This document shows positions 49,549 to 63,182 of a DNA stretch of 64,000 nucleotides, in pieces (the stretch's first letter is position 1; the number at the start of each line of letters is the position of its first letter). Source of the DNA: Camelus dromedarius (Eukaryota). The stretch spans positions 47,184,001 through 47,248,000 of the forward strand of contig NC_087437.1 in NCBI RefSeq assembly GCF_036321535.1. Reading direction: 5' to 3'. The position numbers were made by a program, and so were the translations under genes. Under the pieces are notes generated by a model. That model ran no database searches and had not been told where the DNA came from. It saw only the letters and a program-made list of their open reading frames with translations.

Positions 49549-52500
49549 CCTAAATCTCAGTTTAACCTTCACCCTCCAATTGTTTCTCTTTGCTAATGAC
49601 CCTGACTTCCCAGTCTTACCAAACATTTATCAAAAGCACTCATTTACAACATTCTCCCTTTCTTACCTAAACAAATATATAAATCCTTCACCCAGCTAGA
49701 AATTCTTCCTCCTTCCACTCATACTTTTTTCAAAACCTTGAATGTGGGACAGCTCCTCCAGGGATACTGCCTCTGTTTAACGCCACTGGGTATAAGGTAG
49801 CAGACTGAGAAGAGAGGTCCACTGATTACAAAGCAGAGTGATCTTGTTGATGAGTAAGGGCTGTGAAGTCCTGGGTCTGTCTAGGCTCTATCACTAACTG
49901 CCCTTGATAGATAGGAGCAGGGGTGGGGCTAAGACCAGTAGCTGTCAGTACTTTATAAGCTCATGGAGAAAGCCCCAAATAGCAATAATGATATATTAGC
50001 CCAAGAAACTCACAGTTAAGAATACTTCTTTTATAGACCCCATGGAGTGACTATTACCTTATGACAATGAGGCATACAGCTAGCACTACAATATTAGCTT
50101 GCGAGTGTTAGTACCATCAAAAGGCAGCCAGAGATCAAGGCAGCTATTGCTAATCCTTGCCAAACCTGCCAGCCACATCAACACTGGTTCCATTTTTAAA
50201 TTAAGACATTAATAATTAATATTTTATTCACCTTGTTTTGCATAACATCATCACATTGCCTCACAGGGCTATTGGCATGCAAGTGGGAAGATTTTTGGCA
50301 GGAAGTTATTAACTCCAAATCTGGGCAGTCTTTCATTTCCTCACTATGAACTTTATCAATAATGTTTTCCCTCTTTTAAACAGTGATAGATAGAAACCAA
50401 GAGAAGAAAACTTAGTTATGCGTTTAATAGTTCAGTCAATATTTTCTAAGTAATCTATACTTTACCTTTTTAAATTATAGATAAGTGTCACCCAAGTTGC
50501 AAATTCTGGTTAAAGGAGAAACTCTCCCAGGCTTCATGGAAAAATACTGACCATCAAAACCCCATATCTTATGAAATTATTATGATGATATATTGTTTAG
50601 AAACATCACTTTTAAAATGCAAAACCACTAACTAATATTCCCTCATAAACTACCCCTAATCATTTAAATATATTAAAGACAGAGAGAGAGGCCTTAATAC
50701 TCCAACACTTTTGCAAATAGGGAACTGTCACTTTTTAGTAATACCTTTTTATGTTTGTATATCCTTAGGTCCATATTTATATATGGTATACAACTTCTAG
50801 TTTGTTCATCTTTAATTGAAAGAACTTTCTCAAAACACAAATCATCAAAGAGAAAAGTTAGTTACCAGGGAGATTCCCTGATGAGTGATATCTAGAAATA
50901 CTATATCTGCCTAGTTCAAGAAACCTTATATTTAAAAGAGGGAGAAATCATACCCCAACCAACTGTGGATTATGAATTTCTACTCGGAAGAAGTACAGAG
51001 AGCTTTTATTTATTTTCTAGACCATGGAAGCAAATTAGCAAGTGCCTCATATGGAATCTGTGAACAGATTTAGATGCATGGGGAATATCTCTTGAGAAGG
51101 CTTGATTTAGGAAAATAAATACCATCCAAGGACAAAGTGGCCCACTGGAGGAGACTAAGGATAACTCCGAGGAGCTCTGCATTTCTACCCAGGAATCTGC
51201 ACAAGGGTGCTTTTGGAAAGGGGAACTAAGGAAACCTCTACTTCTTTGGCTGCAGCTGTGACATTTTCCAAAATAGAGGCAGTGATACTAAAGAAGAGTT
51301 GACTCCTGATTTTCCTCGGCATGATGAGAGTGAACTGCGTGGCTAATTTGGAAAGTCAAATCAGATTTTTTGGTTTACAGCTTGATAAAAGGAAGATTAA
51401 TGTTCACATCCAAAAGTTTTTTTCATTGATTCTCATCATATTTCTGTAACAAGCCTCAATGTGTTTGTGAGTCTGGAGTTTCTACATGGCTGCACAGTGG
51501 GAATCAAGTAGTTATTACTAAAGGAAGACTTTTGCAAAGATAACACGAAAGGCAGTATCCAGTGGAATGCTGAAGTCTCCTGCAGTTTGTGGGAATTAGA
51601 ATAATGCTCAGGAATCATATGAGTGAAACAATTAGAGGAGGAGGTGCAAATAGTGCTGCAGGGCAGAGAAGAAGTTTCAAAAACTATGCAAGTAACAAGA
51701 GGGTTGTAAAATAAACTTTGACTGCAGAATCTCAATTTTTATGATTTACTTTGATGACTGCTGTTTTTCTTCCTGTGCAACCAACAGAGAATATTAGGAA
51801 AATATTATCGTTTTGAAAGTTTCAGTACTTGCATTAAATTATTTTTGTCTTGTCTGGAAATATGTTTAAAGAGAAAAATTCAAAAATCCTTGGAAACAGA
51901 AGATTTCTATAAACAACTTATTTTTAAATAGGTTGTCTCCCTAAAGGTGAAACTACAGATAAATATACTTGGAAGGAAAAGTACCTTTGCCTGACACAAT
52001 TGAAATCTTACTGGAAACTTCATGTCCACTGCTGCTAAGGTGACTCAGTTAACTAAAGTCTGAGTAATATTTCCGAAATCATTACTGAAATATGAGAGGA
52101 GGACAGAGATTAGGTTTAGGGTGACGAAATTTGGGAATCGAGAATTAAGTAGGCTACAACAACTCTTTCCTTTGCTTTTTACATTACAGATAAAAATTCT
52201 CATAGCTTAGCAGTTTTGAAGTGATAAAGAAACTAATGAGATTCTCAGTACTCAGGTGAAAGATATTTTATAGGACAATGACTTGAGGTTTAGTGTTATG
52301 ACATAAATTTTGCTACTTCATCTCTAGAATAAATAAAGGTGGTGGCAACAGTTGTACTCCGAATTTTTAAAATTCTAGTAGATAATCATATTTTCCTGAC
52401 AACTTTATGAAATTTGTCATCAAATCTTATTGATCTATATCACCTCAGGCTTCAAATTAAGTGAGAACAGAGTAAATAACATTATTTTAATTAAAAAACA

Positions 52501-53369
52501 TGATAAATTTATAGGGTGAAGAACAATAGTAGAACATGCGCAGCACAAAAACAAGTAAATGTGCTAACTGTGAAGCTAAAAACTCCCTAACAATGCTTTT
52601 TTATTTATAACTTGTCCATTATACCTTGAGAGTCCATATCTCAGAGATCTGCAAGGGTATTGTTCTAATTCCAGGGACAATAAAAGAGGCAAAAAAAAAA
52701 GTTACCTAAAGAAGGAATTTGGAATTTTTTCTCTTTCACTATTGAAATTTTAGCTCAGATTTCATGTCTTTGGAAGATTTATTTATTTATACTTGCATTC
52801 TTTGATTCTTATGGAAAGGACAAGAGAAATTGTTGAATATGAGAAAAACAAAGGAAGACAAGTAAAGATGGTGAACTCCCTTCATATTCCTGTCAAAAAA
52901 TGTGAATACCAATGTATATCAGCTTTGCTATCAGTGTGTATTGTTATTTGAATAGCAAATGTTCAATAAGTCTTCCACAAGTAAAAGAAAATACTCAGTA
53001 AGAAGTAAAAATACAAGAAACAGAGAAAAGGAATCTTCAACTGATTATCAGTTTTGGATTAAGTCAAACAAAAGTCTTCAGAGCATTATTGTGTATTATA
53101 AGACTTTAAAGGAGTAACATTCAGAAAATCCTAAGACTATAAAGTGTATTACAGTGCACATGTATATTGTTATAGTGAATTTGTGACATTCTTTCCTCCA
53201 AAATGGTAGTAAAAAAAATAAATATAGATTGATCTGATAAGGGCAAGCATCTTGGTAATCACAGATTTTTAAGAGTATCATTTTTTTCACATTTTATTGT
53301 GCTTTGAGTAGTGTTCAGAGAAGATATGTTTTACCAGTAATAACATCTTGGTGTTTATATAACAGTTTA

Positions 53370-53495
53370 TTGGGTGGGGGGGATTACCTTTGTTTGTTTG
53401 TTTGTTTATATTTAATGGAGGTACTGGGGATTGAAACCAGGACCTCGTGCATGCGAAGCACACATATTACCACTGAGCTATACACTCCCCCCACC
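53370..53495 (-). mobile_element. tRNA-derived SINE, camelid Vic-1 type
   Basis: Minus strand GGGAGTGTATAGCTCAGTGGTA (A box)...GCATGCACGAGGTCCTGGTTTCAATCCCCAGTACCTCCA (B box) plus (AAAC)n tail; TSD ATAACA(G/C)TTTA at 53359-53369 and 53496-53506. Confidence 0.85.
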
Positions 53496-54549
53496 ATAAC
53501 ACTTTAGAAGTTATAGAATGCAGTCATCCAAAAGATCTTATTTGAAACCCATATACTCTGGGAAATAGTTCCCCCTTCCTTTGTCTGAAGAAAGAAACAT
53601 AGACTGAATGGTTGTGTCTTTCTGAGATCTTAAAGCTAGTAAGTAGTGGGACAGCAACTTGAATTAAGTCTTCTTGCTCTAGTCATGTTCTCCTACCACT
53701 ACTCTACAATATCTCTATTGAAAGGATGAAATATTACTGTGGAAACCCCACCCACAGGGGAGAGAATGCATCAGGGGCTCCAGCAGTGGTTTAACCATTA
53801 GCTTGAGTGTAGATGGTCCTCATAAAGAAAACCCATATGTTGAAATAAGCTGAAAACATCTTATTCAAGTGCTTTCATTCATTATTGCTTTCTAATAAGC
53901 TGCTGCACTTGTCATTTTTAAAGTATTAAATTTAGCTGACCTAGGTTTCTGTGAATAAATATTGGCAAGTAATAGGGAAAATTCCTATTGTAAGAGTGGT
54001 AAACACATGTTACCTAAAATGTAGTGTGACTGGCATTTTGTGCACATTTAAATTATACAAATTTGAAATACTGTGATACAGAAAATATGAATGAAGTTTA
54101 TACACAAAATTGTATATAATGAACATCCATATTTTCAAAAATCTAGAACTACACAATTTTAAATTTAGCAAGCCAAGTGAATTATAAGCTTCTTGTGCAG
54201 TCACCAAATGGCATTAATAACTGATATTCTTTGCCAGAATCATGTGAACCATATTGCTATATGTATTAAAACTTAGCTGGATAATTCTGGTGACTGTTTG
54301 GCTGTTATTTTAACATTCACTGTTATGATTATACACCTTTTTAATATACTATAACAATGTTTTTAGTCATTAATCAAATCTAGTGCAAAGAACAAACCCC
54401 CAAAATAAATCACTTTAGAAGAAAGGTCAGATATGCTAAAACACTTTAAAGAAGGACAAGCAAGTGCCAAGAAAAATAAGCCACTGATTTAGGAGAGAGA
54501 GCTCTAATAAATAATAGATAATTCTGCATCTAGTTATAAAAAAGCAGCT

Positions 54550-54678
54550 CTGAAAGAGGAAAAGGAGTGGAAGAGGAGGAGGAGGAAGAGAAGAAAAATG
54601 CAGAGGACAAAAGGGAATAAGGGAGGAGGAGGGAAAGAAAAGAAGGGAGAAGGAAGAGAAAGAAAAGAAAGGGAGAAA
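54550..54678 (+). repeat. GA-rich low-complexity tract
   Basis: Nearly pure purine run, read directly. Confidence 0.85.
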
Positions 54679-55029
54679 TTGTCACGATGGTTGTAGATTT
54701 CTGAACTCTGACAGTGCACTCTCCTTTACACTTGTTAATTTGGGGGAAATTAGCCTTGTATTATTCAAATTATGTATTATGCAAAGTCTTTAAAAACATA
54801 TCCCTCATAAAATATAACTTCCCTTTATAAAATAATATGCTCAGATTCAGCACTATGGATAGCTCACCCACAGAAAGATTTAATCCTCCTGTGATAGACC
54901 CAAGGTTAGAATGAAGCTTAAAGGTCATCTGCTCCAACCAACTTCCAGGCAAGATATAGAATCTCCTCTGAAACATATTCCAGAAGTGACCAAAGTGATC
55001 CAGAATCTACAGGTCTACTAAAAGACTTC

Positions 55030-55215
55030 GAGTTTGCAAAGTACTTTCATATGCATAAATTCTTCTAATCTTCACAATTATTTTGTGCAGACAGAACTAT
55101 ATTAATTTTACAATGAGAAAACTCAGGCCCAAAGAGTTCATATTGATTGCCTATGGATACAAAACCAGCTAGAAAAAGACCAGGTTTTCTGACACCCAAT
55201 TCAGTACTTACCTCC
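55030..55215 (-). mobile_element. MIR SINE
   Basis: 'gtttgcaaagtactttcatatg...taatcttcacaa...tgagaaaactcaggcccaaagag'. Confidence 0.8.
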
Positions 55216-56474
55216 TATCAACTAAATAATTTCATTTCACTGTATTTATCAAATTTCTTTAAATTTCCATTTTATGCCTAAACCTTAAGTAGTAGACAAA
55301 TATGTTGGAAAGTGTGTGGATAAGCTTTCTTCCAGATTACCATCCTTTAACCAGAATGGTTAACTGAGTCATGACCCCTGGAACTTAGGTTCATTGAAAA
55401 AAAATTTTTCAGACATACAGTGCTAGCCCAATGGCCTTCTTTCTCAAAAAGGAAACATAGCTGCAAGGTGAAGAAGTGAAGAAATTTTTTTCTGTGTCAT
55501 CATATGGCTGTTTCCTTACAGAACATAAGAATTCTAAATATTCTTCCATATCTAGTGTGACAGATTTAGGAAGAGATCTGAGAAGATACATCCAGCTAAT
55601 GGCACTCCAGATAAAGAAACAAGAGATCATTTCCTTTTCCAACTCATTCTCAACCACAACATCCTCTTGATGAGTAGTGCTTAAAAAAGAAACCCAAGAA
55701 ATTGTTCAAGTTTTTAAAATACTTAAAGTATTTTAAAGTCTTAAAGCTGTAGAGAGTTTGCCTGGTTGAGTGTGAAACTGAGCCTCACTGAGCTGTATTA
55801 TAAGGGCCAAAGGTTCTCCCCTACAGGATTTTACTGTGACAGCCAATCTAAACTCACTTAATTAATGCTGCTTACATGCTGGGTGGATTTTTTCAAAGCA
55901 AAAATAGATTTCGTCTGATGATTTTCTTTTAAATTCTAATAGCATTCATTTCTATATAAGTACCAGTGCAGAAAAGTATTAATCAAGGGATATGAACCTA
56001 ATCTGGGTGTGAACCCATCAATGTCAAATCTCTGTTCATGGAAGCAGCTGGAGTTAGGATGCACACAGCACACATTCCTTCCTTACTGAAAGTATCTAAT
56101 TCCAGACCCTGATGTAAAGTAGGTACTTACTCATTTTTTTATTCTTGCTTACGTTGTTTTATCTTAGTGAGTTTCTACAACTTTAACATATTTTTAATGT
56201 ATAATGTATACACAGAGGTACAAAAATATTTATACAGACTAGTTAGTTGGGATGACCATAGATTTGCAGACTAAGGAAAAGGAGGTGGACAAAGAAGATA
56301 GAAATGAAGATTATTTTGTTAGTTATACCTGTATGTTTATCCCATTAAAGTTTTAAGACTGCCAAAAGGAATATGAAAATGATGATTAAAATTAACAGAA
56401 AACAAAGAACAAAAAAAATGAGGAAAACAAAAAGGGAAAGAGAGAAAAGAGAGAATGACAAGGAAGTCTGGCCA

Positions 56475-56610
56475 ATAATATTAATAACCATTTATTAAAC
56501 AGCTCCTGTTTGCTGGGTACTGAATACTCTACATTCTTATCTCTATAGATATTGGCATTCTCATTTTGTACCAGAGGACACTGTGAGTTGAGCACAGGGC
56601 CGCAGAGCTG
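56475..56610 (-). mobile_element. MIR SINE fragment
   Basis: 'taataaccatttattaaacagctcctgtttgctggg...ctcattttgtaccagaggacactg'. Confidence 0.7.
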
Positions 56611-57702
56611 GAATGTTTTTGGAGGTCGGATTTCCCTATGTGCTTTCCACCATTCCACTATTTCCAAAGCTTTCAGGAAAACAAAAGGAAGTGACTGGGG
56701 AAAAAAAAAAAAAAAGAAATAAAAGGGAAAGAACAAGAAGATACTTAGTTCTCCATTTATGCCCCTTTTGCTTCCACGTGGTCATTTCAGTCAAATAGTC
56801 ACACAGACACCCCAATAAATCCCCGTCAGATGCCCAGAAAAAAAACAGTAGCTATTCAAGTTGATTATCCATGTTGAAATTTAAAAAGAATACAAGGGTT
56901 TTAATTACAGAGAGAGGAATTCTTTAACTAATGGTACTCAGTTAACATTGGGCCAAAATTGTGGAAAACTATATGTAGCATAAGTGAGTCATAAAAGCTT
57001 TGAGAGTCGTGTGAATATATAAACATTCTCCATGGGTCTCATTCATGTAAACTTGTCTCTATTTACATGAGTGCATATATCTTGGCTCTTCCATGTGGAC
57101 CATTGCTGGCTGAGATCCAAGTTCTTTCTAAATACTGAATACTTTTGAAAGAAATTAATCTATGAGGAAATTTCAAGTATTTATTATAAGATGTTAAAGT
57201 GAGGAATAGGGGGTTTGAATGATGGCATCAATCAACACAATTCCCAGAGTTTTAAGCCCAAAGAATATTCAGGAGGCTGGTCTAAGATATATTTCTTAAG
57301 CAACAAGAGAAAAGCTTTCCTTTATAGACCAATGAACATCATGCCCTAAGAAGAGAATACTCTCAATTTATAATGGTGGAACTTGAGAAATATAGCTTTA
57401 GTCTTTGATGAAGTGCTTTTATATTTAGGTAATTTTATTTGAAATCTCCAACCTTCATGGAAAACAATTAAGTTTCAAGTGCCATGCTGATAAGTGATAC
57501 GCCCTATATTGAATCTGCTGTGTAAATTACAACGAACGTTCTCTGATGGTTCAAAACACTGGTGGCAGCCTTCAAGGAGAGAGGGCACCTAATAAGAGAG
57601 AGCTTTTCCCTTGTTTTATGCCATTTACAAAATATTTTCGGCATCATCCCCTGCACACATTCTAATTTAGAAGCATACTCTGTGTTTCAAAGCTATCTAG
57701 AC

Positions 57703-57925
57703 CAGAGCTATACAATACGATGGTCATCAGCCACATGAAGCTAAAGTAATTAAATTTCATTTCATTTCACTTAAGATTCTTTAACCTAGTCTCACTAGTT
57801 ACAGTTCAAGTGCTCAGTCTGAGCCGTATGTGGCTAGTGGCTAGTGGCTGGTGGCTACTGCATCAGTCAGTGCAGGATCACAGAACACTTCATCACTGCA
57901 GAAAAATACTCCTGGACAGTGCTGC
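57703..57925. mobile_element. MER3 (hAT-Charlie)
   Basis: 'cagagctatacaata...agccacatg...ttcaagtgctca...tgtggctagtggct...agaacacttcatcactgcagaaa...tggacagtgctg'; Charlie-type flanks atctagac/ctctaaat. Confidence 0.85.
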
Positions 57926-60329
57926 TCTAAATAAGTATCTGCCCTTTACAAAGGTGAGAACTTTTTTTAAAGATACCTTGTAGGAAGGGAGAACAAGAAA
58001 ACAATCACTTTTCCTCCTCTCCTACAATTTAAGAACATGAGACTCAAAAGTTTAACTGGCTTTCTCAAGGTAATAACACAAGTTCATGAGAGAATCACGA
58101 CTCAAGTCCACCACTCTTGCATCATGCTCAGCCCCAGCCTGTTCACAGGACATTTTCATTTAAGGCTAGGAATAAACGGCACTTTTGAATGACTGCAGAA
58201 TTTTCCAACTACCATCAGTTCCTGAATTCTATGAAAGGAAACTTTCACAAGTCTCCAGCCTCTTCCATTTCTATTCGCACCTCTCTGGGCACCTACCACC
58301 ACCACCTTTTTTCCCTCTTCAAACTTGAACCCATGTTGGTACAAACTTTCCTTTGACCTCATCTCCAGCGTTCTCTAAGCCAAAAAGCCAGGCCCTTTCC
58401 CATAAATCCATGGTCCCAGTAATCAAAAGAGCCCCAGGCTTCCAACCCCAGCCCTCAAGCTGAGGTCCTAAACCAAGCATATTTGGGGAACCCATCCACA
58501 GACTACATCTCTATACAGCCTCTCTGGTGGCTAACTAACTCTTGAGCAGAGACCTACCCTGAGTCCCTGGCCCTTACCCCAGCAGTATCCGTGTAGAGAT
58601 GGTTCCTTGGACATATTCCTAGGTGGTCACTTCCAAGTCCCAGACTTGTTGACAACCACATCATCACTGTGCAGCAGCTTCTTGGGGGTGGGAGATACTG
58701 TCCAGCCGTTGGCAGAGACCTGTCAGTAATCAAGCCTGACTTGTCTCTCCAGCCATCCAATAAGCTAGGATTGGCCTAGCCAAGAACCTGTATCAGTATG
58801 GTGAATTCTAGGTAGTATCTCATTGTCTACTTTCAAGTAATATAAATGAGAATGAATTTTAGTTTTATAAAATTTATGATTTCAGAAATGTTCAAATTAG
58901 AGGAAAGAATGTCTGAAAATAAGTTCCAGATACACACATCCACAAACATGCACATACACCCAGAAGGGTTATAATGTTTGTATTGGGGGAAGCAAAAAAG
59001 GGTGCTTTTTATAATTGTCTATAATAGCTTTTTTTGCTAACAAAACTTTTTTATTCTTATCATTTATTCCCATGCTCTTTGAACTGTTACTTAGATTTAG
59101 CATATCTGAAATAATTATAGTTAAAACAAAAGGCAAAATCAGAGTCAAAGCCATCTCCTCCAAAAATAGAATGCCAAGGACCCTGGAAGCAATGTTAAAA
59201 GGAAAAGAACCTGATCCCCCACTTTCAAAAAGAGTGTACATAGAAAAACAGATACAGAAGCAGTGGGGGAGAAGTACAAACATGGAAGGCATAACTTGGC
59301 CTTCGTTCTACCAAGCCCCTGTTTCCACCACCCCCATGTCAGACCACAGGAGATACCTTGAAGTGTCTGGGGGGAGGGGAAACCTTGGCTCATCAGGTCT
59401 CACAATCAGTTGCAGGAGGTTGAGTGTGAGCGTCCTCTGCAAGACACGCATGGGTTAACCCCTACACGTCTTGGCCCCTCCCTGCCTTTGGTGTCGCAGC
59501 CACAGGCAGGAGGTATTTGCCTGGTTCTCAAATCACCAGCTGCTTGGTCTTCAGCAAAATACTTACAGTACTGGAGATTCAATACTTTTCTCTGTAGTAA
59601 GATCATGATAATTCCAAGTGTGTGGGATTTTTTTAGTAATTAAGTGAGATAATTTATGCAAAGTGCCTGGCACAGAGTGGGACTTCCCCAAACAACAGCT
59701 GTTCCTTTTGTGATCACATGCTGCCCTTGTATGATAAGGCGACATCAGCAACCCTCCCTGACCTGTCTTTTTGAGGGCACAGAAACAACCGCATTTAGAA
59801 CATCTACTCTATTTCCAAATGGGTGCAGACGAAAATTGACTAGACACAAGGTCTGGTCTTGTCTCCCTTGTCTTTCTAATCTCACAACCTTCCATGCCCA
59901 ATCCAGACCAATACTACTGTGCTCTCGGGAACTTCCAGAAAGGAGGAAGTTGTTCTTTTCTGGCTTGTGGTCCTATGCCAGGTCCAGACTTCTTCCCTTG
60001 ATGAACAAGAACAGATCTCTCTGTAGCCCCAAACTCTACCCGGCCCTAATGGTTAACTTGCCTTCCCAACCTTCCCAACCCCTCAGTCCTCTGCATGTCC
60101 ACACTACAGTCCACATCCATGCTGCTGTGTTCTCGGGGAGAATCCAGGCTCCTCTCCATCAAAATGCCTCACAGTTAGCAGCTACTGGAGTACCACAAAA
60201 CGAACACAGCTAATTTCTTCTATTTACAAGTGGAGATATGAGGAGAAAGGCCTGAAGGAGGTGAGTGGCAATGTGGTACTGATTTCCAGGGTCCAGTTTC
60301 AGGGTCTCTGGTATAAAGAGATAGCTTAT

Positions 60330-60550
60330 AGCTCAGTTGAGGGGAGAAGAGGCACCTGCCACTTACTAGGCATGAGACCCTGGGTGAACTAGCTAAATTT
60401 TTTATTCACTGGTTTCCTCATCTGTGTAAAGGAGACAAAAGTGCCTAACTTTTAGGGTTGAGATGAGAAGATGAGATGAGAAATTAGAAGCACCTGGCAA
60501 AGTGCCCGCCTGGCCCACAGTAAGTTCCAAATAAATGACAACAGTTACTA
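60330..60550 (+). mobile_element. MIR SINE
   Basis: 'ctgccacttactaggcatgagaccctggg...ggtttcctcatctgt...cacagtaagttccaaataaatg'. Confidence 0.85.
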
Positions 60551-60949
60551 TCAGTAGCACTATTACTGCTAGTGCTACTGCCTGGAACATCAAAGGAATT
60601 ACTACTGTTGCAGGTGTTGCTCTGAAATGATCATGGCAGGGAAGAGACAGCAAGAATAAGAACCTCACAGGTCCTCCCAGATGCTTGTGCCAATTCTGCA
60701 GCAAATATGATAAGTATCAACACTGGGCTGCATATTAAGATCAGTCATTTTTAAAGGTGATTCTAATGTGTAGCCACGTGTGAAAAACATAGTTCTAATG
60801 GCTGCCTTAGGAGGGTAACACCCTTACTAGAGCTTCTACAGACTCTGGTGTGTGCTCTGGTGAATGCCTGTACCCCCACGAGACTCCTCAAGACGAGAAA
60901 CCATGATTTATTCATCCATGTAACTCCATCGGTAATGATGTATAATCAT

Positions 60950-61300
60950 AATGATAGTAGATAACTTTCATGGAGCACTAACCCTACATGCCTTGCTTTG
61001 GGCTATTTTCTCATTTAATTCTCACAACACCTGTGGGGTAAAATGCTACTGTTACCCTTACTTTACACCCGAGAAAATCGAAGCACTCACAGGTTAAGCA
61101 ACTTGTTTGAACAGGTAGTCCAACTCCAGAGCCTCCACTCTTTCCCATTAAGTTACAGAAACCTCCGTATCACAGAATGGACACAGAGTGGGCATTTACC
61201 AACAACAGTAACAACAGTAGCAGGAGTATCACTCGCAACTTATGTAGAGCTCCCTCTGTACCATGAACTATGTTCATCCCTTTACCTACTTTATTTCATT

Positions 61301-61331
<31 letters not shown>

Positions 61332-61490
61332 AACCTACAAGGCAAATCCTATTATTATTCCCTTTTATGAAGAAGAAATTGAAACTTGGTAAGAGGTTAA
61401 ATAATTTCAAATGAGGTCATTCAGAGTAAGGCAGGGATTTGAACTCTGATATGTCTGATTTCTGGCTCTTAATTACTAAACAATACTGCA
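60950..61490 (-). mobile_element. Two MIR copies in tandem, the second with an internal (CT)n(CA)n
   Basis: 'tctcatttaattctcacaacacctg' and 'attattattccctttt...gaaattgaaac...gcagggatttgaactc'. Confidence 0.8.
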
Positions 61491-61911
61491 TTTATTTGTT
61501 AATTCACCAACAGATGAATGAAAGAACAAGTGAATGAATGGATGATCATCACCAAGTCTTTTTCTATCCTTACCTTCTTTATCAATATTCTCAGCAAACA
61601 TCTCTGATTTATAAGAAGCTTAACCCTCTTATAGGTTAAAGGAGGAAAAAATAGCAGTGTACTGGTTCTGTCTGAGAGTGGAGGAAGAGGAAATCAACAC
61701 GAAGGAAATGAGTCTCTGCAAATTCCCAAAGATTTGGAGTTGAAGCCAATTTGTTAGTTTGCAAATGAAAGCGCTGTCTCCACTTTTCACTACTCTGTTT
61801 CATGCCTTTAAAATTTAAACAGGAGGCTTAACATCTGCTATGTGTATTGGAAAATCAGGAAGGCTGCGAACACTAAACAGAAGATGTACTGGCTATTTTC
61901 AAATGTTTCCA

Positions 61912-61934
61912 GTTGCTAGGCAACACACTTCCTG
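61912..61934. promoter_or_regulatory. RFX X-box next to an ETS core
   Basis: GTTGCTAGGCAAC 61912-61924; CACTTCCTG 61926-61934. Confidence 0.4.
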
Positions 61935-63182
61935 CTTTCCAGGCACCTTAGTTAAGTCACCTGGGCTTCAGCTCTGAGGATGTCTCGAATTAAACTTCCA
62001 GCCATAGGCTGTGACACACAAAGTATTGAAGCAGAACCACAGAAGAGACATTTGATTTTATACCATTTTTCTGGGATTTGTCACTAGCAGTTGTCACTGT
62101 CAGTGCTGGATAAATAGCAAAAGACACGTTAACACAATGGGTTTTTTTTAGAAACTCAGTTTTTTATACAGACTCCCTAACTCAATTAAACATTAGAAAG
62201 AACACTATTGAAGTAATAAAAATTACAGAATATTTTTAAATAATAGAATTTTGTTCATTCAGTTCAGTTCATTAACTTCAAATGAAATAACATAATTGTC
62301 TAGTAAAAATTCTATTTTTTTGGAAGTTGAGAATTTTTTAATTAACACATTAACACACCAGTTTAAGCAGTTCTGGTGCTTGTTTACCAGCCTCCTCAAG
62401 GTTTTATTTGTGCTTCTCATTTAAGCAACTACATGTAGATCTTATTTCATCTTCACTACAATTCTGGAAGAAAATATTTCCAACATTTTTACAGATAACT
62501 AAGATTATGTGGATAAGATCCCTGTCTGAAATTCTTAGTTGGGTTCATAGAGGAGCCGAGGATTAAAAGCAATTTCTGCCATGTGCTTAAATACCAGCCT
62601 ATGCCCTGGAAATGCATGCTTACCTTTCCTGATCCCTGAAACGCCCAAACCCACGTGGCAGGAAATCAGCACAAACCAGTCACCAGGGCCCCTGTCTATG
62701 CCTTGCCTGTTCAGTCTCCCAGCCCAAGTAGATGCCCCCAGGGACCTGAAATAATACAATTAAACCAAATAAACCATTGGCATGAATTATGTGAACTTGA
62801 TGACAACCTCAGGCCATCGGAATAAAGCAGGGCCCCAGCTCCATCTCATTCACAGAACAAGGCTGTCACAGAGCATCGGATTCCAGCTTACAATCACTTC
62901 TAAACTTCTCATTTCTTCCTTTCCCATCACAGTTCCTTAGCCACTCACATACCGATTCAGGAAGGAGATAGAGCAGAGTCAAGGGCTTTGGAGAGAACCT
63001 TATCAGATGGACACAATTCTCAGGTGCCTCACTGCAAACCTCAATAATCCTAAATTCTAGATTTGCATGCCAGCTACAGGAAAGCAGCCCTGTGTTTCTC
63101 CCTGGTTCACACAGAGGGTTATTACTGGGCCCAAGGCCTGAAGACAAGGTTGTTTTCACCGGGTTCCTAACTCAATTAGGGG

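Noticed and set aside
50960..51760. Coding-like composition suggesting a decayed pseudogene or viral insert
   Set aside because: The frames I translated were stop-ridden with no identifiable family; a blastx search would be needed
53415..53492. tRNA-Ala-like gene
   Set aside because: Has a simple-repeat tail and TSD with degenerate arms; it is a SINE
55522..55670. Good acceptor tttccttacag followed by an open frame
   Set aside because: No convincing donor and no recognisable peptide
59015..60213. Longest ORFs (147 and 185 aa)
   Set aside because: No recognisable domain or splice structure; one begins in a MIR-like tail; lengths are plausible by chance in 64 kb
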